Shown in pieces: positions 9,565 through 19,501 of a DNA stretch of 64,000 nucleotides. This DNA comes from Clostridia bacterium (GTDB lineage Bacteria; Bacillota; Clostridia; UMGS1883; UMGS1540), in contig JAFSYJ010000039.1 of assembly GCA_017450025.1 (NCBI GenBank), positions 24,681 to 88,680 of the forward strand, in the 5' to 3' direction. Positions within the stretch are counted from its first letter, which is position 1. Each line of letters starts with the position of its first letter. Made by a program: the position numbers and the translations under genes. The notes beneath the pieces are model-generated. The model did not search any database. It was not told the origin of the DNA and worked only from the letters and a program-made list of their open reading frames with translations.

Positions 9565-12516
9565 TTACGCTTTTTTCTCCCCTGCCTGCTTTGCTTTGTC
9601 AGCTTCCCAGATAAATTCCTCCAGCGTCTCATAAAGCCGCTCCGACTCAACAGGCTTGGACAGATGCGCGTTAATTCCCGCCTGCAGCGACATTTTAACA
9701 TCTTCATCAAAAGCGTTGGCAGTCATAGCGATAATCGGTACTTTATTCGCATCTGCACGGTCGAGTGCGCGAATTGCCATTGTGGCTTCAAGACCGTCCA
9801 TCTCCGGCATACGAATATCCATCAAAATTGCGTCGTAATATCCGGTACTGCTTGCTTTAAACATATCGAGAGCAATTTTGCCGTTTTCTGCATGGTCAGG
9901 AATTACTCCTTTAATTTTAAGAAGCTCCTTCATAATTTCGGCGTTAATAAATATATCTTCTGCAATAAGTATATGCCTGCCGTCAAGGTCAGCGCGCCTT
10001 TTTTCAGATTGCACAAAAAGATTGTTCTTGTGTGTAACGCTCTTTAGTTCGCTTATCAAATTATTTGCAAACAAAGGCTTTGCAATAAAGCTGTCCACGC
10101 CTGCACTTACGGCGTCTGCCATAATATCGTCCCAGTTGTACGAGGTGACAATTATTATTGTTGTTTCATTGTTTTTGCTCTTTCTTATCTCTTTTGCAAC
10201 AGCTATGCCGTTCATATCGGGCATATTCCAGTCAAGCAGAACAAGATTGTAAGGCTCGTTGTTTGACCGCGCTGTTTCGAGCATATTAAGCGCATCTGTT
10301 CCGCTTAAACATATATCAGATTTTATTCCGGATTCGTCAAGCAAAAGTCGTGCGTGTTCTGCGGCAATTTCATCGTCGTCAACTACAAGCACCTTTATTT
10401 TATTTAAGTCAATTGATAAATCTTCTTCCTCTCTGTCCTCACAGTTCTTAAGCGTAATTACAATAGTGAATTTTGTCCCTACTCCCTTTTCAGATTCAAC
10501 CGAAATCGTGCCGTTCATAATCTCAACGATGCTCTTTGCAATAGGCATTCCAAGTCCTGTACTGCCGTATTTGTTGTTACGGTTTGAATCCTCCTGGGCA
10601 AATGTTTCAAATATTTTCGGCAGGAACGACTTGTCCATACCAATACCTGTATCCTCTATTATAAATTTAATTGTTGTCTGGTTGTCAAAGACAGCCGTTC
10701 TCTCTACAGTGAGAGAAACAGTTCCGGGGGCTTCGGTAAACTTGATTGCATTGCTGAGAGTGTTTATAAGAACCTGTTTCAACTTCATATCGTCACCGAT
10801 ATAATAATCAGACACTCCGCCAAGTATATTGCATTTGTAGTCCAATCCCTTATCGCTGCACTGCGTCATTACCATTGTGTTAATTTGTTCAAGCATTGTG
10901 CCGAAAGAGAATTTTTCTTTTTTGACAACAACCTTGCCCGACTCTATACGGCTCATATCCAAAATGTCGTTAATAAGACCAAGCAAATGCTGTGCGCTGT
11001 CATTTATTTTTACAAGATAGTCTCTCACTTCATCGTCAAGGTTTTCTTTCCTGCGCGCAAGGTTGTCAAGACCTATAATCGCATTCATAGGAGTACGGAT
11101 TTCGTGGCTCATATTTGACAGAAACGCTGTCTTTGCCTTGTTTGCCGCCTGCGCTGCAGAAAGTGCTTCTCTCAATGTCTGATTTTTGCTCAATGTCTCT
11201 CGCATCTCGCTGTCAATATTTGTAAGTCCCAAACCTATGGCGTGGACTATGTTGTCATCTCTGTCAGCCGCGTGGCGAACACCTGCCATTCGTATCATTT
11301 CATAATAATCCTTGCCGCCTCGGTGCACAAAATAGCGGTATGCAATAATTGAATTATTCAAAAGTGCCTTGCGGATATTATCGGGGTTTATAAATTCCAA
11401 AAAGTCGTCACGGTATGCTTCATCAACAGAATTTTCACCGTACCATTTAAAACGCTCATAGTAATTAAAGTGAACGCCGACAGGCGTGTGGTCTTTATCA
11501 TCAGGGTCAGCGCGGTAGCAAACTCCATCGTCAGCGTCGAGATCAACATGATAAACGCTGCGGTAATCCGAAGCAAGAGCTGTTATCATTTTGTCCCGTT
11601 CTTTTTTTTCTTCCTGTTCTTCAAGCAGTTTTTCCTGTAGTGCAAGACGGCTTTCAAGTGCGTGTTGAAGATTTTGCCCTGTCCGCACCTCATCGTCAAC
11701 ATCTTTAAATCCCATCATAACGCCCATATGACCTTCAGGCATATTGACCTTGCCAAAGTCAATGCGGTAATAGCGCATATCGCCATTCCTGTCGTGGAGA
11801 AATGTGACGGAAAAGTAGTCCTTTTCGGAAAGCTTCTGTGTTATATTTGGTAAAGAAAGCTCCTCACGCATCCTGTCGCGGTCTTTTTCCGCAACCAAAG
11901 CATTTATGTATTCATTTGCAACTTCGGTATAAATTCCTTTTTGGAGCGCGCTGTTAATTGCCTCCGCGTTCGCAATGTCTTCGTTCATATCTCCGTGATA
12001 CAAAGAAAAGCTTTCGGTTTCGACATCGTTTATCAGTCCCACGGTATTGTAGGTTTTTGTGAGCGTGTCTATAACAGCGTCGCGCACAAGATTGTCACGC
12101 TCCATACGCTCGTGCTTTTCGGTAATATCAGAAATAAACACATAAAAGATACCACCGTATGCTTCGGTATCCGTATAATGTCCGTAGTCGTCAACCCAAC
12201 GCATTGCGCCGTCTTTGCGGACAATTCTGTATTCTGCGTAGTCAAGATTATCATGACTCAAAGCAATTTGATCAGCAATCGAGTCAGAAAGCTTTTTATA
12301 ATCATCAGGATAAACCATACCTTTAAATGTATTTCCCGTCAGCTCTTTAAATTCTTCATAGGTATCGCAGCCGAATATCTTTAAAACAGCGGCATTTGCA
12401 TAGAGAAGTTCATCATTGTCAGACTTGTAAATAAAAAAGCCGCCGGGCATATGCCTGCCGATTTCCCTGACAATTTGCATAGTTTGTTCATTTAACTCAA
12501 AGTACTTACCAAACAT
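9565..12516 (-). CDS. Cytoplasmic multi-PAS hybrid sensor histidine kinase with two C-terminal receiver domains
   Basis: No TM segments. Several PAS-like segments. HisKA H-box (LSNMSHEIRTPMNAIIGL). HATPase_c G-boxes (GTGLGMPIAKSIVEIMNG). REC1 (VLVVDDDE...LDWNMPDMNG) and REC2 (ILIAEDIFINAEIM...MDIRMPEMDG). GGAGG RBS. Confidence 0.9.
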   Translation of the reverse strand: MFGKYFELNEQTMQIVREIGRHMPGGFFIYKSDNDELLYANAAVLKIFGCDTYEEFKELTGNTFKGMVYPDDYKKLSDSIADQIALSHDNLDYAEYRIVRKDGAMRWVDDYGHYTDTEAYGGIFYVFISDITEKHERMERDNLVRDAVIDTLTKTYNTVGLINDVETESFSLYHGDMNEDIANAEAINSALQKGIYTEVANEYINALVAEKDRDRMREELSLPNITQKLSEKDYFSVTFLHDRNGDMRYYRIDFGKVNMPEGHMGVMMGFKDVDDEVRTGQNLQHALESRLALQEKLLEEQEEKKERDKMITALASDYRSVYHVDLDADDGVCYRADPDDKDHTPVGVHFNYYERFKWYGENSVDEAYRDDFLEFINPDNIRKALLNNSIIAYRYFVHRGGKDYYEMIRMAGVRHAADRDDNIVHAIGLGLTNIDSEMRETLSKNQTLREALSAAQAANKAKTAFLSNMSHEIRTPMNAIIGLDNLARRKENLDDEVRDYLVKINDSAQHLLGLINDILDMSRIESGKVVVKKEKFSFGTMLEQINTMVMTQCSDKGLDYKCNILGGVSDYYIGDDMKLKQVLINTLSNAIKFTEAPGTVSLTVERTAVFDNQTTIKFIIEDTGIGMDKSFLPKIFETFAQEDSNRNNKYGSTGLGMPIAKSIVEIMNGTISVESEKGVGTKFTIVITLKNCEDREEEDLSIDLNKIKVLVVDDDEIAAEHARLLLDESGIKSDICLSGTDALNMLETARSNNEPYNLVLLDWNMPDMNGIAVAKEIRKSKNNETTIIIVTSYNWDDIMADAVSAGVDSFIAKPLFANNLISELKSVTHKNNLFVQSEKRRADLDGRHILIAEDIFINAEIMKELLKIKGVIPDHAENGKIALDMFKASSTGYYDAILMDIRMPEMDGLEATMAIRALDRADANKVPIIAMTANAFDEDVKMSLQAGINAHLSKPVESERLYETLEEFIWEADKAKQAGEKKA

Positions 12517-12554
12517 AAGCGTAACCTCCGTCTTTTATGGTTTTTAGATAAAAA

Positions 12555-12896
12555 TCATAGTGCGCGTAGTTTTTCAAACTGTGTTTTGGCTTCCTCCAAA
12601 AGATTTGTATAGTCCGTATCCGTTCTGCTTCGCAAAAGTTCCGTCATTTCTATTATCGGCGTTGCCAGAGGGGTAAGTGAAAGATTTGTAAACATCCCCT
12701 TCAGCGCGTGAGCGGTTTCAAATGCCGCATCGAGATTTTTTTCTTTAAGCTGCTGTTCAAGCTGTGTGAGCTTTGAATCTTCAAGTGCCTTTCCCACGAG
12801 CATAATATAAAAGTCTTCTCTGTTCATACAGCGGGTAAGACCGTCATCAACATCTGCACCATACTCTCTGAGTTTGTCTATTGTAATCATAATCAT
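12555..12896 (-). CDS. Hpt (histidine phosphotransfer) domain protein
   Basis: HALKGMF motif, the Hpt HxxKG signature, in a 113-aa helical protein. Its ATG overlaps the stop of the upstream gene (ATGA). Confidence 0.75.
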   Translation of the reverse strand: MIMITIDKLREYGADVDDGLTRCMNREDFYIMLVGKALEDSKLTQLEQQLKEKNLDAAFETAHALKGMFTNLSLTPLATPIIEMTELLRSRTDTDYTNLLEEAKTQFEKLRAL

Positions 12897-14587
12897 TTCC
12901 CCTCTTTCGTTGGTTCTAACATTTTTTCAAGCTCGTCAGGCGGCAAAGGCTTTGAAAAATAATATCCCTGTATTATATAGCAGCCAAGCTCCTTAAGCTT
13001 TTCCATTTGCTCTTTTGTTTCAACGCCTTCTGCGACTGCAGGGACTTCAAGAAGATTTGCAATATCTATCACGATTCCGACAAGGCGGTACGCCTTTTCA
13101 TCAGTACAAATATTTTTGATAAAGCTCATATCGAGCTTTAAAGCGTCAACCGGCATAGAAGTAAGCATATTAAGCGAAGAATATCCGCTGCCAAAATCGT
13201 CCATTTCTATCTTAAAGCCTTTGCTTCTGAGATCATTTAATGTATCAACTATATGTTCAAGATTTTCCGTATAAGCGGATTCTGTAATTTCAAGGAGCAA
13301 CATATCTCTGGAAATACCATTTTTGAGAATAATGTCACAAAGTTCTTTTGTAAGCATGGGATTAAAAATATCAACTCTTGAGACATTAACCGAAACAGGC
13401 AGTGCCACGCCAAAAGCTTTCTGCCATTTGCGTATTTGCGCAGCCACTTCATTCCAGACATATCTGTCAATCTTGTATATCATACCGCTTCTTTCAAAAA
13501 CAGCGGTAAAAATATTCGGATTTATCATACCGTATTCAGGATGAACCCAGCGTATTAAAGCTTCTGCGCTTGACAGAACGGGCTTGTTCCCTCTTATATT
13601 ATATTTGGGCTGATAAAAAACCTTAAACTGTTTTTCTTCAATAGCTCTGTCAATATCATTTATAAGGCGTTCAAAATATACTTCCTGATCGTTTATCTCG
13701 TTATTGTAAAAGCCAAAGCAAGTCCCGTAATTGTCTTGTAATTGGCGGCAAACAAGTCTTGCGCGGTCAAATTTAGTTTCTATATCAAACTTGCTGCCGT
13801 CATCGGTATATATGCCTATTCTTAAGCTGATTTTGTTGTCACCGATTGCTTTGTTTATTTGTTCCGTGTACGCTTCAATATTTTCTTTAACATTTTTGTC
13901 AGACGGAATATACATATAAAACGAATTGCTCCCGCTGCGGCAAGCAAGCCCGACAGTATTTTGAATAATATACTGAATACTGTTGCTTATCTTTTGCAAA
14001 ATGCAATCGCCATAGTCTCTGCCGTAAAGCTCATTTACAATGTGAAAGCGGTTTATATCAAGCACAACCGCGTCCATAGGTATATAGAGCTGTTCGTCTA
14101 ACCTCTTGCCATACTCAAAGAAAAATTCTACATTGTATAGACCTGTCAGTTCGTCTTTTTCGGTTTCGTGGATAATAATACTGTCCTCAGCAAGTTCAAT
14201 AGACCTGCTAATTCTTGCCCTGATTATTTCCGGAACATCATACGGCTTTGTTATAAAGTCGGCAGCACCCATCTGCAAGCACTCAACTTCAGAGCCCTTC
14301 TCGGCTGTAAGTACGATAACGGGTATTCGCCTCAGCTTGCTGTCGGAGCGTATAATTTTAAGAAATTGATACCCGTCAAGCTCGGGCATATGTAAATCGA
14401 GCAGTATAAGCGAAAACGCCTGCTGACTTGTTTTGATAATATCAAGTGCAACCGCTCCGTTTTCGGCATAAATTACCTCATAAATATCGTTGAGCATTGC
14501 TCCAAGCATTGCACGCTCAATAAATTCATCATCGACAATAAGTATTTTCTTTAAAATCCCCTTTTTTTGTTCAAGCAGCTTTTCCAT
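12893..14587 (-). CDS. Response regulator with REC, a degenerate GGDEF and an active-type EAL (c-di-GMP phosphodiesterase)
   Basis: REC (ILIVDDEF...LLDLHMPELDGYQFL). GGDEF fold with the signature replaced (CRSGSNSFYMYI in place of GG[DE]EF). EAL motifs are intact (EALIRW, EITES, DDFGSGYSSL, KLD). Confidence 0.85.
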   Translation of the reverse strand: MEKLLEQKKGILKKILIVDDEFIERAMLGAMLNDIYEVIYAENGAVALDIIKTSQQAFSLILLDLHMPELDGYQFLKIIRSDSKLRRIPVIVLTAEKGSEVECLQMGAADFITKPYDVPEIIRARISRSIELAEDSIIIHETEKDELTGLYNVEFFFEYGKRLDEQLYIPMDAVVLDINRFHIVNELYGRDYGDCILQKISNSIQYIIQNTVGLACRSGSNSFYMYIPSDKNVKENIEAYTEQINKAIGDNKISLRIGIYTDDGSKFDIETKFDRARLVCRQLQDNYGTCFGFYNNEINDQEVYFERLINDIDRAIEEKQFKVFYQPKYNIRGNKPVLSSAEALIRWVHPEYGMINPNIFTAVFERSGMIYKIDRYVWNEVAAQIRKWQKAFGVALPVSVNVSRVDIFNPMLTKELCDIILKNGISRDMLLLEITESAYTENLEHIVDTLNDLRSKGFKIEMDDFGSGYSSLNMLTSMPVDALKLDMSFIKNICTDEKAYRLVGIVIDIANLLEVPAVAEGVETKEQMEKLKELGCYIIQGYYFSKPLPPDELEKMLEPTKEGK

Positions 14588-14684
14588 ATTAAACCTCTCA
14601 GATTTGTGATCCGTAACCGGTATAGAACTTGCGTTTTATGATTATTCAAAAGGTGAATTTGCTTTGTGCCGTTTTTGATGTCGG

Positions 14685-16025
14685 TTATTCCGATTCTTTT
14701 AAACTTGCTTTGTCTATATACATCATTTTGTCCGCTTTGTTGAACATCTGGTAAACCGAGGTTTTGCGGACCTCTTTTTCATATTTATACCCGACTGCAA
14801 CTTTTATATTTGCCTGATCGGTTTTCGCTCTGAATTTTTCAACATAATCGGGCATCTTGCTTTCATCTTCACCTAAAACAAATGCCACAAACTCGTCGCC
14901 GCCAATTCTGAAGCAGTTTTCTTCGTTTTCCTTCCCGAATACGCTTAATATACATTCAGCCGCCTTTTTCAAAAGCTTGTCCCCGTCTTTGTGTCCTGAG
15001 ATGTTGTTCATCTTGCGAAGGTCGTTTACATCAAACACAAACATAGTTGCCTCTCCGCCCTCGTCAAAAAGCTTGTTGCAAAAGTCGCCGTATGATGTGC
15101 GGTTGCCAAGCCCTGTAAGCGAGTCAGTTTCCGCAGTTTCGCGTAATTCCTCAACAAGCTGTGCATTTTTATCCAAAAGCCCGTTATACGCTGTGGTAAG
15201 GGCTTCCATTTCCTCCAAAAAGTCAGGCATACTGATTCTTTGACCCTTTCTGATGCTCCAGGAAGCGTCTGCAATAGGACGGATTACAAATTTGTACTGG
15301 ATTACAGTCATAAACACTATCGAAATAAACATTATGGCTATTACAAGCTGCAGCGCGTTTGAATATAATTCAACTTTGTTTGTAATGGCAATATATTCGT
15401 TTTTTGAATTTTCCTTTGCGGAATCCAAAAAGCGGCTTGTGCCGTCGGTTATCAGCTTTTTGGTGTTCATATACTCGTCGTCAAGAAGCATAATGCGTGC
15501 TTTTTCTTTCATTTGTTCAGCAGAGAGCCAGCGGTCTTCATCCTTCAGCACAACTCCCGAAACTTCTTCAGGAAGCTCGCTGTCGGGAATACCGTATGCC
15601 AAAGCCGCGAGCTTCATCGAGTAATATTCTCTGTTCATAAGCTTAACCGAATAATTCATAGATGTCTCGATATACGCAGCGGCTTCCATAGACACAGATG
15701 TTTTTGCAAGCTCTTCCATTGCTTTATCTCTGTGCTTATCTACTTTGGCTTCTTCAAAATACAGATAAAGGTGTGATATGTCACCTGTTTCTGCAAACAG
15801 ACGAACCTGCTCCGTAAGCGTGTGTGAGCCGTCAGTAAGACTTGTTGCAATGTCAGTATATTTCATATGTAACTTTGAAAGCTCTATGCTTTTTTCGTTA
15901 TAAACCTTCGCTCTCATTCCGTATAAAACTACAAGTAAGCATGATATCATAAGCAATGCTGAAATAATCAGCATAATAGTTTTCATACTGTATTGATTTT
16001 TGCCTGTGGAAATATTATATCTCAT
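14685..16025 (-). CDS. Membrane sensor diguanylate cyclase (TM, extracytoplasmic sensor domain, TM, coiled coil, GGDEF)
   Basis: Intact RIGGDEF motif and GLGNRTSY. Two hydrophobic segments flank a roughly 200-aa putative extracellular domain. ATGA overlap with the upstream gene. Confidence 0.8.
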   Translation of the reverse strand: MRYNISTGKNQYSMKTIMLIISALLMISCLLVVLYGMRAKVYNEKSIELSKLHMKYTDIATSLTDGSHTLTEQVRLFAETGDISHLYLYFEEAKVDKHRDKAMEELAKTSVSMEAAAYIETSMNYSVKLMNREYYSMKLAALAYGIPDSELPEEVSGVVLKDEDRWLSAEQMKEKARIMLLDDEYMNTKKLITDGTSRFLDSAKENSKNEYIAITNKVELYSNALQLVIAIMFISIVFMTVIQYKFVIRPIADASWSIRKGQRISMPDFLEEMEALTTAYNGLLDKNAQLVEELRETAETDSLTGLGNRTSYGDFCNKLFDEGGEATMFVFDVNDLRKMNNISGHKDGDKLLKKAAECILSVFGKENEENCFRIGGDEFVAFVLGEDESKMPDYVEKFRAKTDQANIKVAVGYKYEKEVRKTSVYQMFNKADKMMYIDKASLKESE

Positions 16026-17047
16026 TTTTTTTCATTCTCCGATATTTCTTCAAGATTTTTTATCTGTCTTTTAAAGCTGTCAAGCAAAATGTCCGAAAAC
16101 TTTCCGCATTGACCGCTGATAATCATATTGTAGGTTTCACTTTGTATAACAGGTGCCTTATATACCCTTTGGTTAATAAGCGCGTCATATACATCTGCTA
16201 TCGAAACTATTTGCGCCGATATGGGGATCTCGTTACCCTTTAAGCCATACGGATACCCGTTGCCGTCATACCTCTCGTGATGATAAAGAGCTATGTCCTT
16301 GCATATATCCGTATATTCATCGCCCCATATTCCCCTTGCCTCTTCCAAAAGCTCGCACCCTTTTGTTGTGTGGGTTTTCATAACCTCAAATTCATTAGGT
16401 GTCAGCTTTGTCGGCTTTAAAAGTATGTCGTCGGGAATCAAAATTTTTCCGACATCGTGCATTGCACTTGCCGACACTATGTTATCAACATCTCTGTCCG
16501 ACAGAGCGTATTGCGGATAATGCTTTTTTATATCCTCCGCAATTATTCGCGTAAGTTTTTTTACACGCTGTATATGTTCGCTGCTTTCAAGACTTCTCGC
16601 GTGGACAACATCGCCGAACAAAACCGTCAGCCGTTCACTTTTGTGTCCGAAAACACCGCGGTCAAGATTACCCCTGTATATGTCAATAAATGTTTTTAAA
16701 CGCTGAAGGATCACATCTTTGTCAAACGGCTTAAAGATAAAATCCGTAATACCTTCATTAAAGAAATTCAAAATCGTTGCAATATCGCTGAAAGTGCAGA
16801 CTATAAAAATCGGCACATCATCGTTTAAAGGACTGCTTTTGATATCTTTTATTAAGGATGTGTCCGTACCTTTCAAAACAGACAAGTCAATTATAACGGC
16901 ACTTATTCTGCTGTGTTCCGCCTCGATTATACGGTGGACATCATTCAAACTGCCGGCCGCAAAAACCTGATATGTTCCACATAATATGTGTTTTAAAGCA
17001 TCGCGCATTTTTTCATCTCTGTCAGCGATTAAAACTGCTGTGTTCAT
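16022..17047 (-). CDS. REC-like domain plus HD-GYP c-di-GMP phosphodiesterase
   Basis: HD motif (SASAMHDVGKI) and HHERYDGNGYPYGLKG (HD-GYP). N-terminal CheY-like fold. GGAGA RBS. Confidence 0.8.
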   Translation of the reverse strand: MNTAVLIADRDEKMRDALKHILCGTYQVFAAGSLNDVHRIIEAEHSRISAVIIDLSVLKGTDTSLIKDIKSSPLNDDVPIFIVCTFSDIATILNFFNEGITDFIFKPFDKDVILQRLKTFIDIYRGNLDRGVFGHKSERLTVLFGDVVHARSLESSEHIQRVKKLTRIIAEDIKKHYPQYALSDRDVDNIVSASAMHDVGKILIPDDILLKPTKLTPNEFEVMKTHTTKGCELLEEARGIWGDEYTDICKDIALYHHERYDGNGYPYGLKGNEIPISAQIVSIADVYDALINQRVYKAPVIQSETYNMIISGQCGKFSDILLDSFKRQIKNLEEISENEKK

Positions 17048-17212
17048 GCTTGCTTCTCCAATCAGAATAATAGATTATACTAATTATTTGCGTATAATAA
17101 ATTTTGCCACATTATACAGAGTTAATTTTATCATATCAAGGAACTTTTTGTCAAGTGCCGAGCGATATGTTTTTTACGGTCAAAAACATTAAAATCCCGC
17201 CTGTTTTGTCGC

Positions 17213-17241
17213 TTGACAAATTTTAGCGACAGGAGTATAAT
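17213..17241 (+). promoter_or_regulatory. Sigma-A type promoter for ugd
   Basis: TTGACA (17213-17218), a 17-nt spacer, then TATAAT (17236-17241). The gene start at 17287 is preceded by GGAGGG. Confidence 0.5.
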
Positions 17242-17286
17242 ATTGTTGTTAAAGAATAATTTATGTAAATTTGGAGGGTTATATAA

Positions 17287-18477
17287 ATGCAATATAAAAT
17301 AGCCGTTGCCGGTACAGGATATGTAGGTATGTCAATCGCTGCTCTTTTAGGACAAAAACACCCTGTTTGTGCGATAGATATTGTTGAAAGTAAAGTCGAT
17401 ATGATAAACAGCGGCAAATCTCCGATTCGCGATGAGTATATAGAAAAGTTTTTAGGTGAAAATCTTACAAAGGTTCACGCAACCTTAAATCCCGAAGAAG
17501 CATATAAAGACGCGGATTTTATTGTAGTTGCTGCACCTACCAACTATGACCCGCAAAAGAACTATTTTGACACGAGCGCTGTTGAAAGCGTTATTACAAC
17601 GGCATTATCTATAAATAAAAACGCTGTTATAGTAATCAAGTCCACTATTCCCGTCGGTTATACAAAGTCTGTCCGTGAAAAATTCGGATATGAAAGGATT
17701 TTGTTCAGCCCCGAATTTTTAAGAGAGTCAAAAGCTCTTTACGATAACCTCTATCCGTCAAGAATTATCGTGGGTACGGATATGTCAAATCCGGAGCTTG
17801 TAGAATGTGCAAATAAATTTGCCGACCTTATGGACTCCTGCACAGCAGAAAAGAATAATAAAAAGCTCCTTATGGATTACACAGAAGCCGAGGCGGTTAA
17901 GCTTTTTGCAAATACATATCTCGCCCTGCGCGTATCGTTTTTCAATGAACTTGATACATATGCCGAAATGAAAGATCTTGACACAAAGCGCATAATTGAA
18001 GGCGTATGCCTCGACCCGAGAATAGGCAACTTTTATAATAACCCGTCATTCGGATACGGCGGATATTGCCTGCCTAAAGACACAAAACAGCTTTTGGCAA
18101 ATTATGATAATGTGCCTAATAATATCATCGGCGCGATAGTTGATGCCAATAGAACAAGAAAGGACTTTATTGCAGACAGAATAATTGAAAAATCTCCTAA
18201 AGTTGTCGGCGTTTACAGAATCACTATGAAGACAAATTCCGATAACTTCCGCGCGTCGTCTGTTCAGGGCGTTATGAAGCGCATCAAAGCAAAAGGCATA
18301 GAGGTCGTAGTGTACGAGCCGAGCCTTAAAGAAGATTTGTTCTTTAATTCGCGTGTTATCCGCGACATTGACGAATTCAAAAAAATCTCTGATGTAATTA
18401 TTGCCAACAGATACTCAAAAGATATCGAAGATGTTTTGGACAAGGTTTACACACGCGACTTGTATTTCAGGGATTAA
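17287..18477 (+). CDS. ugd: UDP-glucose 6-dehydrogenase
   Basis: N-terminal GTGYVG Rossmann motif, catalytic GGYCLPKDT, 396 aa. UDP-glucose/GDP-mannose dehydrogenase family. Confidence 0.9.
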   Translation: MQYKIAVAGTGYVGMSIAALLGQKHPVCAIDIVESKVDMINSGKSPIRDEYIEKFLGENLTKVHATLNPEEAYKDADFIVVAAPTNYDPQKNYFDTSAVESVITTALSINKNAVIVIKSTIPVGYTKSVREKFGYERILFSPEFLRESKALYDNLYPSRIIVGTDMSNPELVECANKFADLMDSCTAEKNNKKLLMDYTEAEAVKLFANTYLALRVSFFNELDTYAEMKDLDTKRIIEGVCLDPRIGNFYNNPSFGYGGYCLPKDTKQLLANYDNVPNNIIGAIVDANRTRKDFIADRIIEKSPKVVGVYRITMKTNSDNFRASSVQGVMKRIKAKGIEVVVYEPSLKEDLFFNSRVIRDIDEFKKISDVIIANRYSKDIEDVLDKVYTRDLYFRD

Positions 18478-18490
18478 GCAGGAGGATAAT

Positions 18491-19468
18491 ATGAAGATTT
18501 TAGTCACAGGCGGCGCAGGCTTTATAGGCTTTCACCTTTCAAAAAGGCTTTTGGAAGACGGCTATGAAGTTGTCGGATACGATAACATAAACGATTATTA
18601 CGATGTCAACTTAAAATACGCACGACTTGAAGTTTTAAAACAGTACGACAACTACACATTTATTAAGGGCGATTTGGCGGATAAAGATAAGGTATCTGAG
18701 CTTTTTGCAGAGCATAAGCCCGAGGTAGTGGTTAATTTGGGCGCACAGGCAGGCGTCAGATATTCAATTACAAATCCCGATGTATATATCGAATCAAATA
18801 TAATCGGATTTTACAATATTCTGGAGGCGTGCAGGAATAATCCCGTAAAGCATCTGCTCTACGCTTCAAGCTCCTCCGTTTACGGAAACCAAAAGAAAAC
18901 TCCATTTTCGACAGACGATAATGTTGACCACCCCATAAGCCTTTACGCCGCCACAAAGAAAAGCAATGAGCTTATGGCGTTTACATACAGCCACCTTTAT
19001 AAAATTCCCGCGACGGGACTTCGCTTTTTTACGGTTTACGGACCGTTCGGCAGACCTGATATGGCATATTTCAGCTTTACAAATAAGATTATCAAAGGCG
19101 AGCCTATTAAGATTTTTAATAACGGTGATATGTACCGCGATTTTACTTATGTTGACGACATTGTGGAAGGCATCTGTAATATGCTCGAGTGTCCGCCTAA
19201 AGAAGACGAAAACGGCGACAGATTTAAGGTTTATAATATAGGCAATAACAAGCCGGAAAAGCTGATGTATTTTATAGAAACGCTTGAAAAGGCAATCGGC
19301 AAAACCGCAAAAAAAGAGTTCTTGCCAATGCAGCCCGGTGATGTATATCAAACATATGCAGATGTCAGTGACCTTATGCGTGATTTTAATTTTAAGCCTT
19401 CAACCTCCATTGAAGACGGCCTCGCAAAATTTGCAAAATGGTATAAAGAATATTATAAAATAGTATAA
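18491..19468 (+). CDS. UDP-glucuronate 4-epimerase (NAD-dependent SDR epimerase, Cap1J/WbnF-like)
   Basis: MKILVTGGAGFIGFHL, YASSSSVYG and YAATK (YxxxK) motifs. Start at the ATG at 18491 with an AGGAGGA RBS. The track's longer ORF begins inside ugd. Pairing with ugd implies UDP-galacturonate synthesis. Confidence 0.8.
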   Translation: MKILVTGGAGFIGFHLSKRLLEDGYEVVGYDNINDYYDVNLKYARLEVLKQYDNYTFIKGDLADKDKVSELFAEHKPEVVVNLGAQAGVRYSITNPDVYIESNIIGFYNILEACRNNPVKHLLYASSSSVYGNQKKTPFSTDDNVDHPISLYAATKKSNELMAFTYSHLYKIPATGLRFFTVYGPFGRPDMAYFSFTNKIIKGEPIKIFNNGDMYRDFTYVDDIVEGICNMLECPPKEDENGDRFKVYNIGNNKPEKLMYFIETLEKAIGKTAKKEFLPMQPGDVYQTYADVSDLMRDFNFKPSTSIEDGLAKFAKWYKEYYKIV

Positions 19469-19470
19469 CA

Positions 19471-19496
19471 AAAAGCACAGTTTTCTGTGCTTTTTT
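19471..19496. terminator. Bidirectional terminator between the epimerase and apbE
   Basis: AAAAGCACAG-ttttc-CTGTGCTTTT hairpin with flanking A and T runs. Confidence 0.5.
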
Positions 19497-19501
19497 AAGT
19501 C

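Noticed and set aside
18401-18490. Upstream extension of the epimerase ORF (track start 18401), overlapping ugd
   Set aside because: The extension lies within the ugd coding region in another frame. The AGGAGGA RBS and the canonical MKILVTGGAGFIG N-terminus place the start at 18491.
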